Of a DNA stretch of 28,258 nt, positions 1-12,394 are shown piece after piece. Source of the stretch: Macrostomum lignano (Eukaryota). Where the stretch lies: positions 1 through 28,258 of the forward strand of contig NIVC01005029.1 in NCBI GenBank assembly GCA_002269645.1. The letters run 5' to 3'. Every line of letters starts with the position of its first letter. The stretch's first letter is position 1. The notes beneath the pieces were generated by a model, which saw nothing but the letters and a program-made list of their open reading frames with translations, did no database searches and was not told the origin of the DNA. Both the position numbers and the translations under genes were made by a program.

Positions 1-830
1 GGGAGGCTGGCCAGCAACTGAGATCTTGGAGGCTGCCAGCACTGAGGATCTGGGAGGGTGCTGCCCAGCAACTGAGGATCTGGGAGGCTGGCCAGCAACT
101 GACACTCTGGGAGGCTGGCCCAGCAACTGACACTCTGGGAGGGCTGGCCCAGCAACTGACACTTTGGGAGGCTGCCCAGCAACTGACACTCTGGGAGGCT
201 GGCCCAGCAACTGAGGATCTGGGAGGCTGGCCAGCAACTGAGGATCTGAGAGGCTGGCACAGCAACTGAGGATCTGGGATGCTGGCCAGCAACTGACACT
301 CTGGGAGGCTGGCCAGCAAACTGACACTCTGGGAGGCTGGCCACAGCAACTGACACTCTGGGAGGCTGGCCCAGCAACTGAGGATCTGGGAGGCTGGCCC
401 AGCAACTGAGGATCTGGAAGGCTGGCCAGCAACTGAGGATCTGGAGGCTGGCCCAGCAACTGACACTCTGGGAGGCTGGCCCAGCAAACTGACACTCTGG
501 GAGGCTGGCGCCAGCAACTGACACTCTGGGAGCTGGCCCAGCAACTGACACTCTGGAGGCTGCCCAGCAACTGACACTCTGGGAGGCTGGCCCAGCAACT
601 GAGGATCTGGGAGGCTGGCCCAGCAACTGAGGATCTGGGAGGCTGGCCCAGCAACTGAGGATCTGGGAGGCTGGCCCAGCAACTGAGGATCTGGGAGGCT
701 GCCCAGCAACTGAGGATCTGGGAGGCTGGCCCAGCAACTGAGGATCTGGGAGGCTGGCCCAGCACTGAGGATCTGGGAGGCTGGCCCAGCAACTGAGGAT
801 CTAGGAGGCTGGCATAGCAACAGAGGATCT
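1..830. repeat. 28-bp minisatellite (GAGGATCTGGGAGGCTGGCCCAGCAACT; variant GACACTCT...), about 29 copies, runs off the window edge; intron 3 of the BTB gene
   Basis: Period 28 seen directly (GAGGATCT at 601 and 629). Many 1-bp indels between copies. Confidence 0.95.
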
Positions 831-837
831 AACGCAC

Positions 838-1344
838 CATGATCTTAGCGTGCATCCGACGCGAATCAATGTAATCCCTCAGCTGAGGCAGGTGGCTGGC
901 CAGCTCAAGCTTCGCGTCGTCGGCGGCCGCAGCGTCCTCGGGACCCGAGAGTCGGACAAAGCCACCGCAGCAGCCGCAGCGACAACAGCCGTGGCGAACT
1001 GCTGCTGCTCGCAGTCGATAACAGCCGAACCGTCTGAGGTCAGGTAGAGCAGGTGAACCTGGCCGGCGATGTGCGCCAGGAGTCGCTGAGCAGTGGCTGT
1101 CTGGCAGAAGTCGCCGAGAGTAGCGACAGCTTCGCCGTACTCCTTCGCCCCGCCGGAGCCAGTCACTGTATTCCGGTCCGCGTCCCCGTTGTCGCTCAAG
1201 TCCGTGTCGCTGTCGGACGAGTCGGAGTCGAAGTGCGGCGGTGTCGATCCCGACAGTCCAGTATCAGACGGTGTAGGGTTCCGGCGAACCAGTCGCACAG
1301 CAGGTCGCCTATAGCGGCTGAGCTGGCGGTCTCAGTGGAGCCGA
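838..1344 (-). CDS. Exon 3 of BTB-BACK protein (rest of BACK domain with an acidic insert); needs two +1 corrections to stay in frame
   Basis: Acceptor CTGTCCTCACTCGCAG|TC at 1345/1344 (phase 1, matching exon 2). Donor ATG|GTGCGT at 838/837. The GC3-rich frame reads VGSTETASSAAIGDLLCDWFAG..., shifts to PPHFDSDSS...AGQVHLLYL..., then shifts again to GPEDAAAADDAKLELASHLPQLRDYIDSRRMHAKIM. BACK-like conserved W and V-x-L-x-x-L pattern recognised from family knowledge. Confidence 0.6.
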
Positions 1345-1360
1345 CTGCGAGTGAGGACAG

Positions 1361-1895
1361 GTGTGTGTGCTGCCAGCTCTTGTTTGTGTGCTGCCAGCTC
1401 TTGTTTGTGTACTGCCAGCTCTTGTTTGTGTGCTGCCAGCTCTTGTTTGTGTACTGCCAGCTCTTGTTTGTGTACTGCCAGCTCTTGTTTGTGTGCTGCC
1501 AGCTCTTGTTTGTGTGCTGCCAGCTCTTGTTTGTGTGCTGCCAGCTCTTGTTTGTGTGCTGCCAGCTCTGAGCTCTTGTTTGTGTGCTGCCAGCTCTTGT
1601 TTGTGTGCTGCCAGCTCTGAGCTCTTGTTTGTGTGCTGCCAGCTCTTGTTTGTGCGCTGCCAGCTCTTGTTTGTGTGCTGCCAGCTCTTGTTTGTGTGCT
1701 GCCAGCTCTTGTTTGTGTGCTGCCAGCTCTTGTTTGTGTGCTGCCAGCTCTTGTTTATGTGCTGCCAGCTATAGTGAGTGTGCTGCCAGCTATAGTGAGT
1801 GTGCTGCCAGCTATAGTGATTGTGCTGCCAGCTCTTGTTTATGTGCTGCCAGCTATAGTGAGTGTGCTGCCAGCTATAGTGAGTGTGCTGCCAGT
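1361..1895. repeat. 21-bp minisatellite (GTGTGCTGCCAGCTCTTGTTT, grading into GTGCTGCCAGCTATAGTGAGT) in intron 2
   Basis: Direct tandem repetition. It accounts for the spurious 7-aa-repeat ORFs in all three + frames. Confidence 0.95.
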
Positions 1896-2315
1896 TCTGA
1901 ATCAGTCAGTGGGTAGGTACCTAGTGACACCAATACATTACATATTAAGGGAAACCTCTATAAAGTCACACGATATAATAATACTCATACGTGGATTTCG
2001 CATGGTATTCATAGCATAACTTTCAACGGAAAGCAGCTAACAGAACCCAGTTTTTCAGGCAGTTTAAACCCAGTTTTAGTTGTAGGAGTTACCAGTAAAT
2101 CGAATAGCGATACATAAATCACATGCAGTCAGCTAAAGTAGCAATTTCACTCTCACTGCTAGTGCCTGCTATGCCATCCCAAAGCGGTGTAGCTAGGAAG
2201 GCAACAAGTAAACATGTTATTGCGCACTTTTATAATCAAGTCGCGACTCGTGACTTAAGAGAAGTTTGTTAATTTTAAAGATATTAAGAATTCATATAGA
2301 TTGCGTAACTCTTAC

Positions 2316-2447
2316 CTAGCAGGTCAACTTTTATCTTAGGCAGCGGACAATCCAAGTCCAAGTCTACTATCTCTGCCAAATGCTGCACAATGTAGTTATC
2401 GATACCGTCAACTAGGCTGTCAAAGTCGGTTACTTGGGAGCGAAGCT
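2316..2447 (-). CDS. Exon 2 of BTB-BACK protein (start of BACK domain)
   Basis: 132 nt, phase 1-1. Acceptor CCATATTTCAG|AG, donor CTAG|GTAAGA. Translates ELRSQVTDFDSLVDGIDNYIVQHLAEIVDLDLDCPLPKIKVDLL, which fits the BACK start motif L..d.YI..Hf.ei directly after the BTB domain. Confidence 0.75.
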
Positions 2448-2514
2448 CTGAAATATGGCACAGAGTTTTGGGAGAATTCATACAGATAGTATTAGAGGAA
2501 TTCATGCCGGATTA

Positions 2515-3297
2515 CCCGTGACACCTGTGGGATTTTAGATCAATGGGGGATTAGTGGCAACACCTGTGGGATCTGATATCCATGGGAGATTAGTAGCGAG
2601 ACACCTGGGGGATCTGAGATCTATAGGAGATTAGTGGCGAACACCTGTGGGATCTATGGGAGATTAGCGACGCTTGTGGGATGAGATCCCTGGCTATGGG
2701 AGATTAGTGGCGACACCTGTGGGATCTGAGATCCATGGGAGATTAATGACGACACCTGGGGGATCTGAGATCCATGGGAGATTACTGACGACACCTGTGG
2801 GATCTGAGATCCATGGGATATTAAAGGCGAACATCTGTGGGATCTGAGATCCATGGGAGATTAGTGGCGAGACACCTGGGGGATCTGAGATCTATAGGAG
2901 ATTAGTGGCGAACACCTGTGGGATCTATGGGAGATTAGTGGCGACACCTGGGGATTTGAGATCCACGGGAGATTACTGGCGACACCTGTGGGATCTGAGA
3001 TCCATGGGATGTTAAAGGCGAACATCTTTGGGATCTGAGATCCATGGGAGATTAGTGGCGAGACACTTGGGGATCTGAGATCCATGGGAGATTAGTGGCG
3101 AGACACCTGGGGGATCTGAGATCCATGGGAGATTAAAGGCGAACACCTGTGGGATCTGAGATCCATGGGAGATTAGTGGCGACACTAATGTGAGATCTGA
3201 GATCCATGGAGATTAGCGACACCTGGGGGATCTATAGGAGATTAGCGACACTAGTGGGATCTGAGATCCATGGGAGATTAGTGGCGACATGTGGGGG
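2515..3297. repeat. ~39-bp minisatellite (GACACCTGTGGGATCTGAGATCCATGGGAGATTAGTGGC, with shorter and longer variants) filling intron 1
   Basis: Direct tandem repetition. Each unit carries the internal palindrome GGATCT-G-AGATCC. Confidence 0.9.
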
Positions 3298-3356
3298 AGC
3301 TCCAAGATGCACAATCAAGCTGCGGAAAAGAAGGCACAAAAGCAGAATACACCAAC

Positions 3357-3744
3357 CAAGCACGTTGCGCGGCTTCAACCCAGCCAGTAGTGTCTGGGCG
3401 CAGTACTTGACCAGAACAGGCAGGCGTAGGTAGCAGGCTGCCGAGTGCAGCTGGGCCAGAGCCAGAGGCTCCATCGAGCCGGGATCCGGCAGGCAGCCGG
3501 TGTAGACAAAGTGCAGCGCATGGCTAAACGCATCAGGCGTGAGATGACGCGGTAGGTTAAAGTGTCCACAGTTTGGTTCCTCAGTTAGCAGGCGCATGAA
3601 ATGCGGTGACGCCGCCGCTAGAACGCATTTGTGCGCCAGAAAGCGGCGCCCGTGAACGCTAATCTGCAGATCGCAAAACATGCCCTCCTCGCGTAGCTTG
3701 GCCAGCTTGGCCAGGTGATCGGGTATGCCACTAGGCTCAGACAT
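3357..3744 (-). CDS. Exon 1 of BTB/POZ-BACK domain protein (Kelch-like family; any Kelch repeats would lie beyond the window)
   Basis: ATG at 3744. Contains CDLQISVHGRRFLAHKCVLAAASPHF, a classic BTB motif, plus FVYTG and LVKYCAQTL. Donor CTTG|GTTGGT at 3357/3356, phase 1. Confidence 0.9.
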
Positions 3745-4836
3745 TTGGGATACGGTATAGCCTGTCCGTTTAAATGTTGTGGCCTCTCTGGACTGCTAAT
3801 TTTAAGTGCAACGCATTCAAGCATGCAATTTTTTATTCAGAGTCTTGATGTTCAGAATGAACTTGAATAGACAATATAATGGCATGAAAACACAGTAAAC
3901 ACAATCATGCTTAAGCCATGGATCACTGGTTTGATTTTGTGTGCATTCATATTAGTTTGTGGCTTGTGCAAAAAATATCCTAAGGCTACATTGCTGCTAA
4001 GCTTTTGGAAAAAAAGGCCTACATTTCGGTTTACACACAATGATAAACCTTAAACTTAATTTGGTATATAAACAAAGTTTATCAGAATATAAATAAAAGA
4101 AATTTGTAATCAATTTAAATGATCAAAACATTTTGAACATTTTGCATAGGAACATGAATTTTATTAAGTCAAATGTATACTTTTACAATTAAAAAACATA
4201 AAAAGCATGTTTAACTTCATCAGAACTATATAAATAGCAATGCTATAGTACTTAGCCATTGCTACTACGAGCTATTTAAACATTTTTTAAATTATCAAGT
4301 TAGTTCATAGATAAAACAATTTCTAATCTTAGCATATTAGCATAAGGTGCTAATATTTGTTTTTATTGTAATAGGCAATCTAACAACATTGCTATTAATA
4401 TTTTATTAAAATGCCATAGGGTTAATAATCTCTCTATTAAAATCTACATATACTAATTAATGTAATAAACATGACATTAGGAACAAAATTTACTCCATAA
4501 TGTTTTAGCTCTAACTTTTTTTGCTTAAACTCTAGCTACATTTCAAAAAGGCTTTAGATCTTATAGTTAGACATAGTCCATTGGATTTTTAATACAAATA
4601 GTTGGTAAATCACTAGATCAGTAGCAGCATTGTTATAGACAAGATTGGCAATAGCATCGGGCAATGGGCATTGGCACTTATCACATTTTTTCTAGTATAC
4701 ACATACACTAAGCTATGCCTTTACTTAAAAAAATAATTATAAATAGTAAAGTGATTGCAGTTTCACTTTAACTTTATATAATTTATCCCATATATACTTA
4801 AAAAAATTTATGAATGATATAGACATATTGTATAAT

Positions 4837-5482
4837 GGCAACCAATCAAAAGGGTGACAGATGAAAAGGGCAACAGTCAAAAGGGCGATAGTCAAAAGGG
4901 TGACAGGGTATTAGACCAAGAACTACTTAAGTAGAAGATTGGGAAACCTTGTTTCTTTGAAAATCTTAGAATCTGCCTCCTATCAAAAGCAATAACAAGA
5001 TATGTTAAGACATTAGAAATATTAGGCCTAGAATTGTAAGTGTTGGTATTGTGCATGTATATATACATTAATGTACATTTAAACAGTTCAATGAGGTTTA
5101 TTTATTTTATTTATTTACTTCAAATACTGGAGAAAATTCAGCCGTGGCAACTGCTTAGCAGATGATCTACTAAAGGCAGTTAGTGAAATAAATGGACCTC
5201 ACTGAACCACATTTTAACATTAATAGTGTGTCCAATATGTGTCCAGCTTTTATACATAACTGCTTGTACATTTTTAACAATGTAACAATGTATGGTAACA
5301 ATACCATATATTGTTTTAACAAATACAAGTATGATACATTTTTACTGCTCTAGCAGTAACAAATACTTCTAATGTATATGGAACTTGTAATTTCAATATA
5401 AGTACACTGTAACTGTCGCCCTTTAGATTCTCGCCCTTTTGACTATCGCCCTTTTGATCTGTCACCCTTTTGACTTGCAGCC
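4837..5482. mobile_element. Non-autonomous TIR element (MITE), GG..CC ends, 9-bp TSD; MULE- or Merlin-like
   Basis: TSD TTGTATAAT at 4828-4836 and 5483-5491. Inverted subterminal repeats of TCAAAAGGGYGAYAG (about 4 per end). No ORF. Confidence 0.85.
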
Positions 5483-5978
5483 TTGTATAATGTAGTAAAA
5501 ATAAATAGTATAATAAAAATAATAATGAAAAATGATAGACAAAAATTGAAACATTTTATACTATTAATAGATAAAGGTTTTTGGATAGTTTCTTCTTTTA
5601 TTTTCTATCTTTATCTTTATTTTAAGTAGACATATTAGTTTTAATTTAGAAAAAAGTTTCTTTTTACTTATCAATAAATACAATTACTAAACCTATTAAC
5701 TATTTACTATACTTTAGACAAAAAAATTATTTCTTATATTTAAAAAATAGGTCCTATGCCTTACTATTTAGAATTCTTATGGCATAAATTATGACCATCA
5801 ATGCCACCTTATCTATAATGTGCAAAGTAAAGATTCCAATGATATATTTTTTGATATTTTAAGATTTTGATGTCCAACTTATTTGTTTAAGTAAAAGACC
5901 CTAGGATCTTTTTTGCTTAAAAAGTTTTAATTTTTTATTGATTTTTGTATATTTTTAGTAGCTGGGTCATTTTAAGAT

Positions 5979-6642
5979 GGCAGTGCTTATCCCCACGGTA
6001 CCGTAGGAATAATTTCTGTCTTATTCCAACGGTACCGTGCGAATAATTTTCTGCTTATCCGCACGGCACACTGAGGAGATAGCTGCCCTATCTTCTACAT
6101 ATGCCGTGCGAATAATTTTCTGCTTATCCGCATGGCACACTGACGAGATAGCTGCCCTATCTTCTACATATGCCGTGTTTAGTACATACGATTTGAGTGC
6201 AGTATAACAACTTTGTTGAATTATTGTTGAATAAGTATACAGAAGGGTATCAGTAAAGCAGAATAACACGCATTTACACATGCATATACTAGTCTAGAAC
6301 TGATTCGAGTTTATACATCATCAAGATCAACAGCTTCTTAGTATCCTCAGTTCAAATTCCCTTTCAATAAGCTATAAACTATTCACGCACAACATATATA
6401 TGTAGCAGATAAAAACCGATAGGGCAGCTAGTAAAGCAGAGGAAATAAAACAGAGGACGTGTAGGGCAGCTATCTCGTCAGTGTGCCGTGCGGATAAGCA
6501 GAAAATTATTCCCACGGCATATGTAGAAGATAGGGCAGCTATCTCGTCAGTGTGCCGTGCGGATAAGCAGAAAATTATTCGCACGGTACCGTTGGAATAA
6601 GACAGAAATTATTCCTATGGTACCGTGGGGATAAGCACTGCC
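5979..6642. mobile_element. Non-autonomous TIR element, ~180-bp TIRs with 69-bp internal tandem units, 9-bp TSD; MULE- or Merlin-like
   Basis: TIR starts GGCAGTGCTTATCCCCACGGTACC. TSD TTTTAAGAT at 5970-5978 and 6643-6651. The 69-bp period (6035 and 6104) explains the 23-aa repeat ORFs. Confidence 0.9.
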
Positions 6643-8909
6643 TTTTAAGATAGGGTGTCCTATCATGTTTTTTAACTTAAAACATTTGTAACTTTTGAAC
6701 CAAAATAGATCTAGAACAAGGCTGCAAAAAGCAATCTATATCAAACTTCTAGTTATATATTTTTATATAGCTGCTTATGAATCCTAAATTAACTAAACAC
6801 ATAGGTCATAGTAGAGCATAAACTAGGCCTATGCTGATGGTTATTTGGTGATAAAAATGACTTGACTTAGTTTGAATTAATTTATTTGTATACCTAACTT
6901 TTATGCTTTTTCCTAGAATGTTTCCATAGTTCAGATTGTGTTTTAATGTACACTGGGTTTATGCCAGAAAAAATGACAAGACCTCATTTGTATGCCAGGT
7001 CCATAGTCCAGATCATGCTGGGTGCATGCCTGAACAAAAAATCAATAGTTACAAATGCACACTAATAAAACTGAGTGCATGTGCCCATTCTTAAAACTCT
7101 ATAGGTGCTGCAACAACAAATGACCTTTTTCACATTGTGACAATAAATGACCTTTTTTATTGCATAATAGACCTTTTTGACAGATATTTGGTTTTGGCAA
7201 TACTATTTATAGTAGAAAATTGATACATGCATAGATTTGTTTAAATGACTTATTACTAAAAAAATTATGATTGATATTTTCTTATTTAACAAGTCTACTT
7301 TATGACTTTCAGACTTATGTTAATGTTGGTTGCTTGCTTGCAGGTTGCAGCCATTGCTGGTTGGGTTGGGCTCCCTAAATACATATGCCCTTGTAATAGT
7401 AGTAGCAATATTAAATGACTCAGGAAAAAAGCCTGACTGGTCAATATGAAAAGCTGTTTATCTAATTTTCTTGTTAAAAGTAAATTGAATGTACTAAATC
7501 TAAATTATAGGCCTCCTCTTGGGCCTAGGCGCCTCCCGAAGTTAATATTTTCTACGAACTTATTAAATTTGAGTTTGCGCAAATTCAAATTACTTTTTGT
7601 ATATTAAAAACAAAGCAAAACACGCCAAGTACAGTAAACTTTGTAGCACAAAATAATATTAGCTTTAAGAAAAAATTATTTTAGTATATTTAAATCTTTC
7701 GGTTTCACACAAGTTGTGTAGGCTGAAGTATTTATGGTGACGTTTAAATTTGACTCTCCGGCCCGATCGACGAGGCGCCGCGCGGCTCTGCGCTGCCCTG
7801 CCCGCCGACTAATTAGGTCTATGAGCAAGGACAAACCTATGCAATTTTTGCCTTTTTTAATAATTCCTGTTCTGTATTTAAATACAGCCTGTTGTTCTAT
7901 TGTTTTTCGTTGAAGACCACCCGAAGATGCTGTTAAATATATTAGACCGAAAGGCGTGCTTTTAATTAAATACAAAATTTAGTACTGTGATTAGTTCTGT
8001 AATTTGTAAATTCTGTAAAACAAAGTTCTGTAATGTGTAAATTATAAACTTTTACTAGGGCCTAGTACTGTTTTATTTCTAAGTATATATTAGGGCGCCC
8101 AATAAAATGCAGAATCCACAGCGGAATTGGAATAGTAATAGAATAGCTCAGTAAAATGCGGAATCCGTAGCGGAATGGTATAATGCAGAATGAGCAATGG
8201 AATCCAGTAACTTTAACTAAAATGCAAATGCAAAGTAGCTGAAGTGCATTTTGATCTATTATTATATATAATCTTATAACAATAAAGCTTTCAAAATTTT
8301 ACCAAACTACTAGAGAGAAAATTATAATACTTTTCAACACCCATCAGCCATGTTATTTATGAGAGAACCTATATTACTACTTTGAGTAAGGTCCAGTAGA
8401 TGCTGCTATTTCTAGTTCAGTTTGCCTCCATATAGAATCATATTCAAATTTCTTTATATTGATGCAGGCCCCTTCGCAAGTTTATAATATCCCACCGACT
8501 TGTCACCAAGTTGTTGTAGGCGTTCTCTCTATTTCTACTGGATCCCACAGCTGATACCAAGTTGTACCAGGCCTTCTGGCTCTCTCTATTTAATTCTAAA
8601 GTTTAATCACTGAACTGCACTAAAACTGCTAAATTTGCTATTTCTAAGAATCCTATTTCTATATACTTATATGTACTTTTACGTTATGGGCTATCGTCGC
8701 TACGAATTACCCTTGGTAGCTTCAGTGCCCGAGCGGCAAGACACTGCTGACTACTGCTAAATTCCTAAAATTATCCAGTCCAAACACGGCGTTTACCACA
8801 GACCGAGGGGTTTCCGGCTTCTTTTAGTACTGTCTCTTACGACTTAGAACTGCATCACGCTAATCTGAGCAACCTGAAAATAATCCCTTCCTGGGTAATC
8901 CAACCTTTC

Positions 8910-8998
8910 TACACTGGGTATTCCACCCTTTGTACTGGGTATTCCACCCTCTTTGCACTGGGTATTCCACCCTCTTTACTGGGTATTCCACCCTCTTT
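8910..8998. repeat. Short tandem repeat, 4 copies of ACTGGGTATTCCACCCT(CT)TT(G)
   Basis: Seen directly, inside the outer element. Confidence 0.8.
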
Positions 8999-9965
8999 GA
9001 TCAGCAATCCCTGCTTATCACTGTACTGGCAAAACGCTTTCTGCTATCCAACACGGTAACTTAGTCTGCAATACTGCTTCAAAGGACTAATTCAGAAGAA
9101 CCAAGAAATCTTTTCCTGTTTCCTGTTAACTGATTAGGAAATCGAAAGGTTGAGGTTTCGTTTTATTTTGGCCTTGTATTTATACTAGTAATTAGAGTCT
9201 TGTTTCATTGGCTTACGTATCTAACATTAAAACAAATGAATGGCTAAAACAAATTATTCGCATCATTAAAACAAAATATTATTCAGTAAAACAAATTTAC
9301 GAATTAAAACAAATCATACGGTACTTATTATTTTGGCGGGAATTTAATTTCGCGGAAACAAACTAATTTTCTAGGAATAAACATAAGCCCTTCTACAATA
9401 TATCTTTTTTATATAGTTAAATTGCTGTTGGCAAAGCTATATATATTTAAAATTTCATTTTTTATCCTTACATTTTTCATTTTATGTTAGTGGATTCCAT
9501 AGTCAGGAAGGTGGCAAGTGCACGCGGGAATCAATTTATGGAAAAATCCTTGGTGCACGCCAATGTACACCAATTTTTTAAAACCCTTAACATGACGTTT
9601 CTGTTGCATGCCAAAAATCTTGAATACCAAAAATCATGTACGCCGAAAATTGTAGTATACCGTATTAGATACTATTTTTAAATAAATTTTCTACTTACGT
9701 TAAACAAAGTTTATATAGAAAAAGGAAATTCGCTTCAAAGAACATAGTGAGTATCAAAAACTTTTTCTTCACATTTCAAGAAACAAATAAACTAAAAGTC
9801 TACAAGAGTCACAAAATAAGAGCGTTTAAAAGTTATTAGATATTTTAATTTTAATGTTGGCTAGTAGAGTGTAGGCCTGGACTGTACGCATTTGTTTCCC
9901 CATTGATATTCGCATTGATATTCGAATTTTAACAAAAGCAAAATACTAAAAGCAACCCGTAGCAT

Positions 9966-12394
9966 GAAACTTTACACAGAGTAAACTGCAACCGCGAAAC
10001 GACTATTGGTCAAGTTTCAGCTCGATATGTAACTTTGGCTCTGAGCAGGAGCGATTTTCGATGTGTTCCATTTAAAATACATGTGATTCCAAAATTCGTA
10101 TTGATATTCGAGTACAGGTACTTCTGCTTCACTGATCTTGACGAAACTTTACACAGAGTAAACTGCAACCGTGAAACGACTATTGGTCAAGTTTCAGCTC
10201 GATATGTAACTTTGGCTCTGAGCAGGAGCGATTTTCGATGTGTTCCATTTAAAATACATGTGATTCCAAAATTCGTATTGATATTCGAGTACAGGTACTT
10301 CTGCTTCACTGATCTTGACGAAACTTTACACAGAGTAAACTGCAACCGTGAAACGACTATTGGTCAAGTTTCAGCTCGATATGTAACTTTGGCTCTGAGC
10401 AGGAGCGATTTTCGATGTGTTCCATTTAAAATACATGTGATTCCAAAATTCATATTGATATTCGAGTACAGGTACTTCTGCTTCACTGATCTTGACGAAA
10501 CTTTACACAGAGTAAACTGCAACCGTGAAACGACTATTGGTCAAGTTTCAGCTCGATATGTAACTTTGGCTCTGAGCAGGAGCGATTTTCGATGTGTTCC
10601 ATTTAAAATACATGTGATTCCAAAATTCGTATTGATATTCGAGTACAGGTACTTCTGCTTCACTGATCTTGACGAAACTTTACACAGAGTAAACTGCAAC
10701 CGTGAAACGACTATTGGTCAAGTTTCAGCTCGATATGTAACTTTGGCTCTGAGCAGGAGCGATTTTCGATGTGTTCCATTTAAAATACATGTGATTCCAA
10801 AATTCGTATTGATATTCGAGTACAGGTACTTCTGCTTCACTGATCTTGACGAAACTTTACACAGAGTAAACTGCAACCGTGAAACGACTATTGGTCAAGT
10901 TTCAGCTCGATATGTAACTTTGGCTCTGAGTAGGAGCGATTTTCGATGTGTTCCATTTAAAATACATGTGATTCCAAAATTCGTATTGATATTCGAGTAC
11001 AGGTACTTCTGCTTCACTGATCTTGACGAAACTTTACACAGAGTAAACTGCAACCGTGAAACGACTATTGGTCAAGTTTCAGCTCGATATGTAACTTTGG
11101 CTCTGAGCAGGAGCGATTTTCGATGTGTTCCATTTAAAATACATGTGATTCCAAAATTCGTATTGATATTCGAGTACAGGTACTTCTGCTTCACTGATCT
11201 TGACGAAACTTTACACAGAGTAAACTGCAACCGTGAAACGACTATTGGTCAAGTTTCAGCTCGATATGTAACTTTGGCTCTGAGCAGGAGCGATTTTCGA
11301 TGTGTTCCATTTAAAATACATGTGATTCCAAAATTCGTATTGATATTCGAGTACAGGTACTTCTGCTTCACTGATCTTGACGAAACTTTACACAGAGTAA
11401 ACTGCAACCGTGAAACGACTATTGGTCAAGTTTCAGCTCGATATGTAACTTTGGCTCTGAGCAGGAGCGATTTTCGATGTGTTCCATTTAAAATACATGT
11501 GATTCCAAAATTCATATTGATATTCGAGTACAGGTACTTCTGCTTCACTGATCTTGACGAAACTTTACACAGAGTAAACTGCAACCGTGAAACGACTATT
11601 GGTCAAGTTTCAGCTCGATATGTAACTTTGGCTCTGAGCAGGAGCGATTTTCGATGTGTTCCATTTAAAATACATGTGATTCCAAAATTCGTATTGATAT
11701 TCGAGTACAGGTACTTCTGCTTCACTGATCTTGACGAAACTTTACACAGAGTAAACTGCAACCGTGAAACGACTATTGGTCAAGTTTCAGCTCGATATGT
11801 AACTTTGGCTCTGAGCAGGAGCGATTTTCGATGTGTTCCATTTAAAATACATGTGATTCCAAAATTCGTATTGATATTCGAGTACAGGTACTTCTGCTTC
11901 ACTGATCTTGACGAAACTTTACACAGAGTAAACTGCAACCGTGAAACGACTATTGGTCAAGTTTCAGCTCGATATGTAACTTTGGCTCTGAGCAGGAGCG
12001 ATTTTCGATGTGTTCCATTTAAAATACATGTGATTCCAAAATTCATATTGATATTCGAGTACAGGTACTTCTGCTTCACTGATCTTGACGAAACTTTACA
12101 CAGAGTAAACTGCAACCGTGAAACGACTATTGGTCAAGTTTCAGCTCGATATGTAACTTTGGCTCTGAGCAGGAGCGATTTTCGATGTGTTCCATTTAAA
12201 ATACATGTGATTCCAAAATTCGTATTGATATTCGAGTACAGGTACTTCTGCTTCACTGATCTTGACGAAACTTTACACAGAGTAAACTGCAACCGTGAAA
12301 CGACTATTGGTCAAGTTTCAGCTCGATATGTAACTTTGGCTCTGAGCAGGAGCGATTTTCGATGTGTTCCATTTAAAATACATGTGATTCCAAA
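9966..12394 (+). repeat. Left arm, about 13.7 tandem copies of a 177-bp unit
   Basis: Period 177 (TTGGCT at 10035 and 10212). Copies differ almost only at one G/A site. Confidence 0.97.

Noticed and set aside
1053-2019. Cys-rich or hydrophobic repeat ORFs (CQLLFVC, CAASSCL, VLPALVC)
   Set aside because: They are translations of the 21-bp intronic minisatellite or antisense to exon 3.
7632-7987. Tc1/mariner-like MITE (CAGTA..TACTG) around a small GC island
   Set aside because: The TIR similarity is short and gapped, and the TA TSD is present on one side only.
8490-8580. PBS-like TGGTATCAGC / TGGTGACAAG on the - strand, suggesting an LTR remnant
   Set aside because: No LTR pair, polypurine tract or gag/pol coding sequence could be identified.
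9225-9320. Five TAAAACAAA motifs, a possible MITE end
   Set aside because: The matching opposite end and TSD could not be defined.
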